This document shows positions 20,587 to 30,962 of a stretch of 64,000 nt of DNA, one piece after another (the first letter of the stretch is position 1; each line of letters begins with the position of its first letter). The translations under genes were made by a program, and so were the position numbers. The stretch comes from Actinomycetes bacterium (GTDB taxonomy: Bacteria > Actinomycetota > Acidimicrobiia > Acidimicrobiales > RAAP-2). The stretch lies in assembly GCA_021793395.1 (NCBI GenBank), contig JAJYSU010000006.1, forward strand, positions 1,534 through 65,533. Direction: 5' to 3'. Below the pieces are notes generated by a model that saw nothing but the letters and a program-made list of their open reading frames with translations, was not told the origin of the DNA and searched no databases.

Positions 20587-21455
20587 CGTGCGGCCCCCGC
20601 CCGCTGCGCCATCACCGCGGCCAGGGTGTCACGAACCCGCACCGTGCCCGCAACGTCGTGCACCCGCAGTACACGACAGCCTGCCGTGATGCCCAGGGCG
20701 GCGGCGGCCAACGATGTCTCGCGCCGCTCGCCGACCGGCTGGTCGAAGAACACCCCGAGGAAGCCCTTGTTAGAGGCCGACAGCAGGAGGGGCGACTCCA
20801 GTGCCGCGAGTTCGTCGGAGCGTCGCAAGAGCTCGAGGGACTGGCGCGCGGTCTTGCCGAGGTCGAGTCCAGCGTCGAGAATCACGCGACGTTCACCGAT
20901 CCCCGCCGCCCGGGCCCTCGCCCGACGCTCGACCAAGAAGTCGCGCACCGTCGCCGTGACGTCGTCGTAGTGGGGCGAGGGATCCGCGACGCGCGGTCGC
21001 AGGCGAATATGCGTCGCCACGACCGTGGCCCCCGCGGCGGCCGCGACCGGCAGGTAGTCGGGGTCGGCAAAGCCGCTGATGTCGTTGCCCACCGCGGCTC
21101 CCCGGGCGAAGCAGGCCGCCGCGACGGACGCGCGCCAGGTATCCACGCTGATGGGGATGTCGAAACGACGCCGCAACTCGACGACTACCGGCACCACGCG
21201 GTCCAACTCCTCCGCTTCGCCGACCTCGTCGCCCGGTCCCGCCTTGACCCCCCCGATGTCCAGTACATCCGCCCCGTCACGCACCAGCGTCTCCGCGCGC
21301 GTGTAGAGCGCGTCGAGGTCGTAGGTCGCCGCGGGCGCGTAGAACGAGTCGCGCGTACGATTCAGGATTCCCATCACCAGCGCCCGGGTCGTGACGTCGA
21401 TCGACGTCCCCCCGATCTCGAGAACGAGTGGTGCCGCCGCCCGATACGCCCGCAC
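20583..21455 (-). CDS. folP: Dihydropteroate synthase
   Basis: MGILNRTRDSF, LDIGG, ISVDTW, NDISG, ILDAGL, LRVHDV. Confidence 0.9.
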   Translation of the reverse strand: MRAYRAAAPLVLEIGGTSIDVTTRALVMGILNRTRDSFYAPAATYDLDALYTRAETLVRDGADVLDIGGVKAGPGDEVGEAEELDRVVPVVVELRRRFDIPISVDTWRASVAAACFARGAAVGNDISGFADPDYLPVAAAAGATVVATHIRLRPRVADPSPHYDDVTATVRDFLVERRARARAAGIGERRVILDAGLDLGKTARQSLELLRRSDELAALESPLLLSASNKGFLGVFFDQPVGERRETSLAAAALGITAGCRVLRVHDVAGTVRVRDTLAAVMAQRAGAAR

Positions 21456-22159
21456 TAGTAAAGCTGGCTGGCCAGACGACGGCGAAACGAGACGTAGCGC
21501 GGGTCGTCGGGGCCGAGGGCGTCGAGCAGGGCCAGCAGGTTCTCCTTGGCCGACGGATCGGCCGCCGTCTGGGCGAGCAGGTGCTCGAGGGTGAGATCAA
21601 TGTCACCGTCGAGGGTCACGCCACTGCGCGCCAGGCGAATGCGAGCCAACACGGTCTTCGCCGGTAGGGCGTGCGCGACGGGAGTCAACGTGGCCTCGGC
21701 GTCGTCGAGGCGACCCTCGCCCACCAGCAACGTCGCCAACGCCACCGCCGCGTCCACGTGACCGGGGTCCATCTCGAGCGCTCGTCGCAGCGAGGCCTCA
21801 TCACCCGCGGCGATCAACTCATCGATCGCCGACGCCCCGGGAGCCAACTTCTTCACGAATTCGCGCACCGCGGCCTCGGGCAGAGCGCCCACGAAGGAGT
21901 CGACCACCTGGGCGTCACGTAGCGCGAACACCGACGGTATCGACTGTACCGCGAAGGCCTGGGCCACCTGGGGGTTCGCGTCCACGTCGATCTTGGCCAG
22001 CTCCACCGCACCGTTCGTCTCGGCGACCACCTTCTCGATGATGGGACTCAGCGTGCGGCACGGGCCGCACCACGTCGCCCAGAGGTCCACGACCACTGGC
22101 ACCGTCTTCGAGCGATCCAGGACCGCGGTCGCGAACGTGGCATCAGTGACATCACTCAC
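21455..22159 (-). CDS. Thioredoxin-TPR co-chaperone (YbbN/CnoX-like)
   Basis: WATWCGPC, VQSIPSV, C-terminal helical repeat ending RRRLASQLY. Confidence 0.88.
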   Translation of the reverse strand: MSDVTDATFATAVLDRSKTVPVVVDLWATWCGPCRTLSPIIEKVVAETNGAVELAKIDVDANPQVAQAFAVQSIPSVFALRDAQVVDSFVGALPEAAVREFVKKLAPGASAIDELIAAGDEASLRRALEMDPGHVDAAVALATLLVGEGRLDDAEATLTPVAHALPAKTVLARIRLARSGVTLDGDIDLTLEHLLAQTAADPSAKENLLALLDALGPDDPRYVSFRRRLASQLY

Positions 22160-22225
22160 GTCCACCACTCTACCGGCGCGCCGGACGTCGGAACCGGGCT
22201 GACCACCCGCTGTTAGCCTCATCTT

Positions 22226-23260
22226 GTGCACCACATCGCGGGTATCGACGACGTCGCCGTCACGGCGTGGATGACCCGTCACGTGGGGACGCGGCCACCG
22301 CTGCGGTTCGAGTTGATCGCCGGCGGTCGCTCGAACCTCACCTACCGGGTGCGCGACGCCGATGATCGCGCGGTAGCCCTTCGTCGCCCTCCCGTCAGTC
22401 ACGTCCTGCCGACCGCGCACGACATGGTCCGCGAGTACCGTGTCCTGCGCGCGCTCTGGCCGGTGGGCGTCCCGGTGGCGCAACCTTTGGCCCTGTGCGA
22501 GGACCCCGCGGTCAGCGAGCGACCGTTCTACGTGATGGAGTTCGTCGAGGGAGCGATCCTGCGCGACCGCGCGCAGGCCGAGGCGACCTTCGACGTGGCG
22601 ACGCGATCGCGCATCGGTGACAACCTCGCCGCGACGCTGGCGCGATTGCACGACGTCGACGTGGAGCGCGCCGGCCTCGGCGACCTCGCGCGTCACGACG
22701 GCTACGTGGAGCGCCAAATCCGCCGTTGGCGATCTCAGTACGAGCAGATGCGTGTCGAGGGCGACAACGACGACGGCCTCGTCGACGCGGTGGCCGACCG
22801 GCTCGCGCGCGCCATCCCGCGCCAACAGCGCGTCACGGTGGTCCACGGCGACTACCGCCTCGACAACACCGTCCTGGATGATCGGGGGGACGTGCGCGCC
22901 ATTTTGGACTGGGAAATCTGCACCCTCGGCGACCCGCTGGCCGACGTGGGACTATTACTGGACTACTGGGCCGAGCCCGACGACCCCACCGCGGCCCTCC
23001 TGGGGTCGGCTCCCACCACCGCCGCGGGTTTCGCGAGCCGCGAGGAGGTACTGACCGCGTACGGCGCACACAGCGACCTCGACCTCGACGCCGTCGCCTA
23101 CTACCGAGCCTTCGGCTACTGGAAGCTGGCCTGCATCCTCCACGGCGTCTACGCGCGATACCGCGCGGGCGCGACGGCGGGTGATCGGGGCAGTGTGGAG
23201 GAGTTCCCCGCGCACATCGCGCTCCTCGCGCGACGCGCTGACGAGATGCTGGAGGCTTAG
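22226..23260 (+). CDS. Phosphotransferase (APH / ACAD10-like kinase) family protein
   Basis: GGRSNLTY, AHDMVREY, VHGDYRLDN, ILDWE. Confidence 0.88.
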   Translation: MHHIAGIDDVAVTAWMTRHVGTRPPLRFELIAGGRSNLTYRVRDADDRAVALRRPPVSHVLPTAHDMVREYRVLRALWPVGVPVAQPLALCEDPAVSERPFYVMEFVEGAILRDRAQAEATFDVATRSRIGDNLAATLARLHDVDVERAGLGDLARHDGYVERQIRRWRSQYEQMRVEGDNDDGLVDAVADRLARAIPRQQRVTVVHGDYRLDNTVLDDRGDVRAILDWEICTLGDPLADVGLLLDYWAEPDDPTAALLGSAPTTAAGFASREEVLTAYGAHSDLDLDAVAYYRAFGYWKLACILHGVYARYRAGATAGDRGSVEEFPAHIALLARRADEMLEA

Positions 23261-24139
23261 ATGGACGACGAGATCTACGACCGCATCATCTTCCTGGCGG
23301 ACCCCGACCTCAACGAGCCGGTGCTCGTCATCGCCCTCGAGGGTTGGATCGACGCGGGGCTCGGGGCCACGACGGCTATCACCACGCTGCTGTCCTCCCT
23401 GTCCACCGAGATACTCGCCACCTTCGACACGGAGTACTTCATCGACCAGCGAGCCCGCCGGCCCATGGCTCGCATCGTCGACGGGGTCACCACCGAGCTC
23501 ACCTGGCCGGAGATCCAGTTACGCTACGGTCGCGACGGCGACGGTGCCGACATGCTCTTCCTAGTGGGTCCGGAGCCAGACTTTCACTGGAGCGACTTCA
23601 TCGACGTCGTGACCGACGCGGCGGGACGCTTCGACGTGCGTCTGGCGGTGGGACTGGGCGCCTTTCCGGCACCCACCCCGCACACCCGCCCGATCCGCGT
23701 CATCGGTACCGTGCCCGAGGCGAGTCGCCATCTGCTAACGGGCGTGGGCAGCGTGACCGGCGAGATCGAAGTCCCCGCGGGAATCACTGCCGCGCTCGAA
23801 CTGGGCTTCGCCGAAGTCGACGTCGACGTCATCACCCTGTGGGCACGCGTTCCCCACTACGTCGCATCGATGGCCTACCCGCACGCCGCCGCCGCGCTCA
23901 TCGACGCGCTCGCCCGCGTGGCCGGGCTCACCCTCGACGCGGGCGGTCTGCGCACCGCGGCTGACGACGCGCGTCGCCGTGTCGACGAGTTGTTGGCGGG
24001 CAACGCCGACCACCACGCCATGGTCGAGCGCCTCGAACAGGTAGCCGACCACGCCGAGGGGACCTCACTAGGTGAGGTGCTGCCGAGCGGCGACGAACTC
24101 GCCGCCGAATTGGAGAGGTTCTTGCGAGATGAAGGGTAG
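23261..24139 (+). CDS. PAC2-family protein
   Basis: ALEGWIDAG, DQRARRP, GPEPDFHW, LWARVPHY, DELAAELERFL. Confidence 0.88.
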   Translation: MDDEIYDRIIFLADPDLNEPVLVIALEGWIDAGLGATTAITTLLSSLSTEILATFDTEYFIDQRARRPMARIVDGVTTELTWPEIQLRYGRDGDGADMLFLVGPEPDFHWSDFIDVVTDAAGRFDVRLAVGLGAFPAPTPHTRPIRVIGTVPEASRHLLTGVGSVTGEIEVPAGITAALELGFAEVDVDVITLWARVPHYVASMAYPHAAAALIDALARVAGLTLDAGGLRTAADDARRRVDELLAGNADHHAMVERLEQVADHAEGTSLGEVLPSGDELAAELERFLRDEG

Positions 24140-24177
24140 GCAACGATGACACCGAACACCAACCGGTGTACCCACTC

Positions 24178-24618
24178 GTGAGGTGGGTGACGCGTGCGCG
24201 CCCCAAGACCGACCGCATCGCCTGCCCCTGGCTGATCCGTCGCTTCATCGATCACGACGCAACGTTCCTCTTCGTCGCGCCACCCGACGTCCTCGCGGTC
24301 GCCCTCGCCACTGACGCGCGCAGTTTCGACGCGCCGGGTGCCCAGTACGGACACCGGGGTGATCAGTGCACCTTCGAGGTTCTGATCGACGAGTTCCACC
24401 TGCACGACGACCCCGCCCTCGAGCGTCTGGCCCACGTCGTGCACGCCGCGGACGTCGCGGGTCAGAGGGAGAGCGATCCCCTCGGTGCCGGTCTCGAGGC
24501 GATCGGGCTCGGTGGGCTCGATGTCGAAGAGGACGACTATCAACTACTGGAGCGCGCCACGTTCGTTTACGACGCGCTCTACGCCTGGTGCGCGCGGGCC
24601 GTGACGCCCTCCGCGTGA
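24178..24618 (+). CDS. Chromate-resistance (ChrB C-terminal-like) domain protein
   Basis: WVTRARPKTDRIACPWLIRRFID, HRGDQCTFEVL, VYDALYAW. Confidence 0.8.
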   Translation: MRWVTRARPKTDRIACPWLIRRFIDHDATFLFVAPPDVLAVALATDARSFDAPGAQYGHRGDQCTFEVLIDEFHLHDDPALERLAHVVHAADVAGQRESDPLGAGLEAIGLGGLDVEEDDYQLLERATFVYDALYAWCARAVTPSA

Positions 24619-24658
24619 CCATGATCGTCGTCAGGACGACTCTCGCCGCGCGACGCGA

Positions 24659-25236
24659 CTACGACGCGTCGACGTCGGTCTCCTCGATGCGCAGTCCGAG
24701 CCCCAACGCGTACCCCTCAAGGAACAGTCCGCACTCGTACTGGCGCGGGTGGCGGCGAGCGATCTCGTAGAAAGCGGCAGAGTGATCGGCTTCGTGCAGG
24801 TGTGCTAACTCGTGGACCAGCACCGCGTCGATCACCCACTCGGGGCACTGGCGCAGTCGGCTCGACACCCGAATCTCGCGCGTCGAGGGCGAGCACGACG
24901 CCCACCGCGTGCGCTGATTGGTCACCCAGCGCACTGACGCGGGCTCCACGCCGTCGTTGTACAACTCGGCCAAAACTCGGGCACGCTCCTCCAGGGCTCC
25001 GTCACCCGCGGCGTGCTGGGGACGCTGGGCCACCAGACGCTCGACGAGCTCGTCGACGAAGTCCCGTCGCTCGCGTCCGCGCAGGCGCGCCGGGATCTGC
25101 ACCACGATGCGGCTCCCCGACCAGTGCGCCGCCCCCGTCTTCGTACGCCGCGTCGACGCACGAACCTCGACCTCGGGCCGATCAAAGCGCGGCGGCTCGA
25201 TCGACACCCGGCGGGCATTGGTTCCACGCGCGTCCA

Positions 25237-25237
<1 letters not shown>
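24659..25237 (-). CDS. YgjP/DUF45-like M48 metallopeptidase domain protein
   Basis: VRWVTNQRTRWASC, VIDAVLVHELAHL (HExxH); ATG overlaps the leuS stop. Confidence 0.85.
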
Positions 25238-27702
<2,465 letters not shown>

Positions 27703-27774
27703 TGCGACAGTCTAGGTTTTGAATATCGTCGCGACGTTCCCGTCACGTTCGCGACGCGCTACGAGGAGGTCGAC

Positions 27775-28470
27775 GTGAGCCCACCCACCGTCATTCTGGT
27801 GCACGGCGCGTGGCACGGCGCGTGGTGCTGGCGCGATCTGGTCGCCGTCTTCGACCGTGACGGCGTCGCCTGGCGTGCCCCCGACCTACCCAGCTCGCAC
27901 AGCCCCGAGGATCCGACCGCAGATCTCGCCCGCGATCGCGACGCCGTCGTGGCCGCGGCGCAACTCGACGAACCCGTCATCCTGGTGGGACACAGTTACG
28001 GAGGTGTCGTCATCACCGAGGCCGCACCGGCGCTCTCGACTCTCACTCGATTGGTCTACGTGGCAGCGCTCATCCCCGAATCCGGTCAAAGTGCGACCGA
28101 CGTGTCACGCGAGAGCGCACGGCGCACCCTCCTCGACGAGTCCATGCGGGTCGTCGACGGGCACCTCACACTCGAACCTATCGGGGCCCGGAACGCTCTC
28201 TACCACGACTGCACCCCGGACATTCAATCGTGGGCCGTCTCGCGACTGAGCACGCAGACGATCGCCAGTTTCCGCAGCCGCCGAGTTGCCGAGTCGGTCA
28301 CGGTACACTCGCGCTACGTACTGTGCCGTGACGACGAAGCCGTCGACCCGGCCCTCCAGGGAAAAATGGCCCACCGCACCGACGAGATCGTAGAGATCAA
28401 CAGCGGGCACTCCCCCTTCCTCTCACACCCGGCACAGTTAGCAGATCTGATCCTGCGCGATCCTTCGTAA
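27775..28470 (+). CDS. Alpha/beta hydrolase
   Basis: LVHGAWHGAWCW, GHSYGG nucleophile elbow, GHSPF; SD GAGGAGG. Confidence 0.9.
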   Translation: MSPPTVILVHGAWHGAWCWRDLVAVFDRDGVAWRAPDLPSSHSPEDPTADLARDRDAVVAAAQLDEPVILVGHSYGGVVITEAAPALSTLTRLVYVAALIPESGQSATDVSRESARRTLLDESMRVVDGHLTLEPIGARNALYHDCTPDIQSWAVSRLSTQTIASFRSRRVAESVTVHSRYVLCRDDEAVDPALQGKMAHRTDEIVEINSGHSPFLSHPAQLADLILRDPS

Positions 28471-28506
28471 GGAATCAGACGCAACTGCTAACATCGGGGG
28501 ACTCCT

Positions 28507-28579
28507 GGGGGTATAGCTCAGTTGGTAGAGCGCTTGACTGGCAGTCAAGAGGTCAGGGGTTCGAATCCCCTTACCTCCA
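28507..28579 (+). tRNA. tRNA-Ala(GGC)
   Basis: Cloverleaf: acceptor GGGGGTA/TACCTCC with the G3.U70 Ala identity pair, anticodon arm CTTGA-CTGGCAG-TCAAG, T-loop GGTTCGAATCC; CCA not encoded. Confidence 0.95.
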
Positions 28580-28616
28580 CAAAATTGGAATGCGCGAATG
28601 CGCGAACCAACGACGA

Positions 28617-29069
28617 CTACTTGGCAGGCCAGTCGTACAGGGCCAATCCAAGTGCTTGGGCTGCGATAGCTTGTCGGTGATCGAGAGTCAGAACCACTAC
28701 GTTGTCATCGTTTGTGTCAGCTAAAAGTTGCGCCGAGGCGAGGTGCAGCGCATCGAGCGTACGAGTTGAGACTTGAAGAACGAATTGTTGGGCCCTGCTG
28801 AACGAATCATGGGTAATAGGTACGACTCCGATTGGCCCGTCGTCGGCAGTGTGCTCCTTGTACGCTGCTAGGCACTCGGCCATTTCGCTGGCGTTGATAC
28901 GACCATCGGACTTCGCCCGCACCAACAAACTTGCGAACTCAACGTCGGCCAACTCGCTAATCACGACTGGATCGGGTCCATCAAAAATGACGTCGCTAAT
29001 CCAACGCCCGTGGGCCTCGTCACCTAGGTAGGCACTCCCAATGGCGCTCGTATCCGCAAAGATGATCAT
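28617..29069 (-). CDS. vapC: PIN-domain (VapC-like) toxin
   Basis: FADTSA, DVEF, RTLDALHLASA, TLDHRQ provide the four acidic PIN residues; ATGA coupling to the antitoxin. Confidence 0.88.
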   Translation of the reverse strand: MIIFADTSAIGSAYLGDEAHGRWISDVIFDGPDPVVISELADVEFASLLVRAKSDGRINASEMAECLAAYKEHTADDGPIGVVPITHDSFSRAQQFVLQVSTRTLDALHLASAQLLADTNDDNVVVLTLDHRQAIAAQALGLALYDWPAK

Positions 29070-29362
29070 CCTTCGTCGCGATCGTCGCTCACGGCGTTGC
29101 TTGCGTAGCCAGAGGGTGTGTGGAGATTGGTGCCCGGCCCCTTTGTTCGATTGCGTGCTCTACTGTTCAGATTCTTCCGTGACATCAGTCGACCGTTGGA
29201 GATCGCCGCCACTTTCCATTCGTGGCGTGGTGTACTTGGTCCTGCCACCGCAGCGCGCAGTAGCCGGTTGAGATAAGAGTTCACGGATTCACCAGTTCGG
29301 CTGGCCTGATTTTTAAGTGCGTCAGCCAAGTCGTCATCAACTCGAGTTATAATCTGCTTCAT
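29066..29362 (-). CDS. Ribbon-helix-helix antitoxin (VapB-like)
   Basis: MKQIITRVDDDLADALKNQASRTGESVNSYL RHH pattern; directly upstream of the PIN gene. Confidence 0.8.
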   Translation of the reverse strand: MKQIITRVDDDLADALKNQASRTGESVNSYLNRLLRAAVAGPSTPRHEWKVAAISNGRLMSRKNLNSRARNRTKGPGTNLHTPSGYASNAVSDDRDEG

Positions 29363-29368
29363 TTCTTG

Positions 29369-29396
29369 ATGATAGCAGTTATCACAAAATGATAGC
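29369..29396. promoter_or_regulatory. TA operon promoter/operator: palindrome TGATAGC-A-GTTATCA plus a second TGATAGC half-site overlapping the TATCAT -10
   Basis: TGATAGC at 29370 and 29390, GTTATCA at 29378; minus-strand TGcTATCAT 6 nt before the ATG. Confidence 0.65.
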
Positions 29397-29557
29397 AAGC
29401 ATGATTTGAACGCTCTAACGTCACTCACACAGCCAAAAGTCTGGGAATGGCCCGAATTGTCAGATCTTGAACGAAGGCTGAGCGGTTCTTACTGTGTTAC
29501 CCAAGGTCCACCAAATGCGACGGCCGGAAGTTACAGGCCGCTGACACGATGAGGTCT

Positions 29558-29758
29558 ATGAAGTTCACCGTTGCCGCAACACACGAAGCGCCCTGGTATG
29601 TCGCGAGGTGCCTTGACGTCGACGTCGTAGGCCACGGTGAATCGGTTGATGAGGCACTGGCGAATCTCGAGGAGGCACTGAGCCTCTACTTCGAAGGTGA
29701 AAGGTTGCCCGACACGCTCGAGCCGCCAATCATCACCACCGTCCTGCTTCCTGCGTGA
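29558..29758 (+). CDS. hicB: HicB-family antitoxin
   Basis: WYVARCLDVDVVGHGESVDEALANLEEALSLYFE, typical HicB RNase-H-like fold. Confidence 0.8.
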   Translation: MKFTVAATHEAPWYVARCLDVDVVGHGESVDEALANLEEALSLYFEGERLPDTLEPPIITTVLLPA

Positions 29759-29931
29759 GCTCAGCGCTCCCCGTCGTCTCGGGCCAAGAGGTCGTCGCCG
29801 CGCTCGCCAAGGCTGGTCACCAGATGGGGCCACTTTCAATGCTCACGGTGGGGCCACATCCGGTAATCACACTCACGCGGCTCCGCGGCCTCCCGCGAGA
29901 TCGAGTGCCCGCTCGAGATTCGCCTCGATGA
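29755..29931 (+). pseudogene. hicA: Degenerate HicA toxin (58 aa, below the track cutoff)
   Basis: GTG overlaps the hicB stop; MSSALPVVSGQEVVAALAKAGH resembles the HicA N-terminus, after which similarity is lost and there is no GSH motif. Confidence 0.6.
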
Positions 29932-30291
29932 TCTCGAACTGCGTCAATGTGGCCGCCACTCGCGTGTCAGTCTCGCGACGCGAACCGTGCCGCCCTGGGT
30001 CTGATGGAGTCTCCACCATTTCCAGGGCGGTTCACACTCTCACCGCGCAACAGCACACCCTCGCACCAACCACGAACGCTCCACGAACGAAAAGAGATCA
30101 CGGTAACGCGCGCGGTGAACCCGCGGCTCCCGGCGGGTGAGAGGAGAACGGTGTCACCGCCGTCGCGCCCTGATTGGTCGAAATCGCGGTCCACCAGGTC
30201 GGGCGCCCTCACGAGCGAACCGGGCTCGCGACGCCATGACGCTCGAGCGGCAAGGTTCTGCCGATACTAAATAATCGCACTTCGCGCAAAG

Positions 30292-30306
30292 TTGCACACT
30301 CTGCGA
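30292..30306. promoter_or_regulatory. Putative TetR operator TTGCA-N5-TGCGA
   Basis: Imperfect palindrome in the AT-richer region just upstream of tetR. Confidence 0.35.
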
Positions 30307-30326
30307 AAATGTGTCACGCTAACGAT

Positions 30327-30962
30327 GTGACGCAGACCTCACTCGGACGTCGTGATCGAAAGCGTGAGGCGACCCATCAGTCACTGCGGGCGGCAGCGCT
30401 GCGACTCGGCGCCGAGCGCGGTGTCCAGCACGTCACCGTGGAGGAGATCGCCAACGAGGCAGATGTCTCCGTACGGACGTTCTACGACCACTTTTCCTCC
30501 AAGCAGGACGCCATCATCGGTTTCGATGAGTGGCGTGTCACCCAGTTACGCGATGCCCTACGCGCCCGTCCCGCCCACGAGTCCCCTCGGATCGCACTGC
30601 GCGCGGTCCTGCGCGAGTTGATTGTCGAGTCAAGTGCGGAGTGGCCCCTGCGGATGCAGGCCGTCGCCGAGGACCCCACGATGCTGCCGCACATGTTCGC
30701 CTCCTTCGTGGCCTACGAGCGCGCCATCGTCGAGGTGATCGCCGAGCGTACGGGCACGGATCCCACCCTCGACCTCTTCCCCACCCTCCTGACCACCGTG
30801 GCGAGCGGCGCTTTTCGCGCCACGATGACAGTCTGGCGCGCCAACGCGGGGACGGTGGACCTGCTCACGATCTTCGACGACGCCTTCGCCAATCTGGCGC
30901 GGGGCCTCGGGTGGTCCCGTTCACCGTCAAACGGCGCGCACCAGGAAACCACGCCGTGCTGA
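30327..30962 (+). CDS. TetR/AcrR-family regulator
   Basis: RRDRKREAT..., VTVEEIANEADVSVRTFYDHFSSKQD HTH. Confidence 0.92.
   Translation: MTQTSLGRRDRKREATHQSLRAAALRLGAERGVQHVTVEEIANEADVSVRTFYDHFSSKQDAIIGFDEWRVTQLRDALRARPAHESPRIALRAVLRELIVESSAEWPLRMQAVAEDPTMLPHMFASFVAYERAIVEVIAERTGTDPTLDLFPTLLTTVASGAFRATMTVWRANAGTVDLLTIFDDAFANLARGLGWSRSPSNGAHQETTPC

Larger units (their letters stand above)
28576..29516. mobile_element. Low-GC tRNA-anchored islet carrying an RHH-PIN toxin-antitoxin pair
   Basis: Sampled lines run about 35-58% GC versus about 70% in flanks; bounded by TCCACAAAAT (28576-28585) and TCCACCAAAT (29507-29516); no integrase visible. Confidence 0.55.

Noticed and set aside
21455-22846. 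463-aa extended ORF for the thioredoxin-TPR gene
   Set aside because: The N-terminal half is antisense to the APH gene; the real start is near 22159 behind TAGAGT.
27703-27774. Possible T-box or riboswitch upstream of leuS (also checked glyQS)
   Set aside because: No T-box consensus, and the -10 box sits 6 nt from the start, leaving no leader.
28588-28606. GAATGCGC tandem after the tRNA
   Set aside because: Only about 2.4 copies; not a CRISPR or a recognisable att core.
30000-30020. GATGGAGTCTCC resembling the 5' part of a fluoride riboswitch
   Set aside because: The downstream pseudoknot partner (TGATGACTCC-like) is absent and there is no fluoride-related gene.
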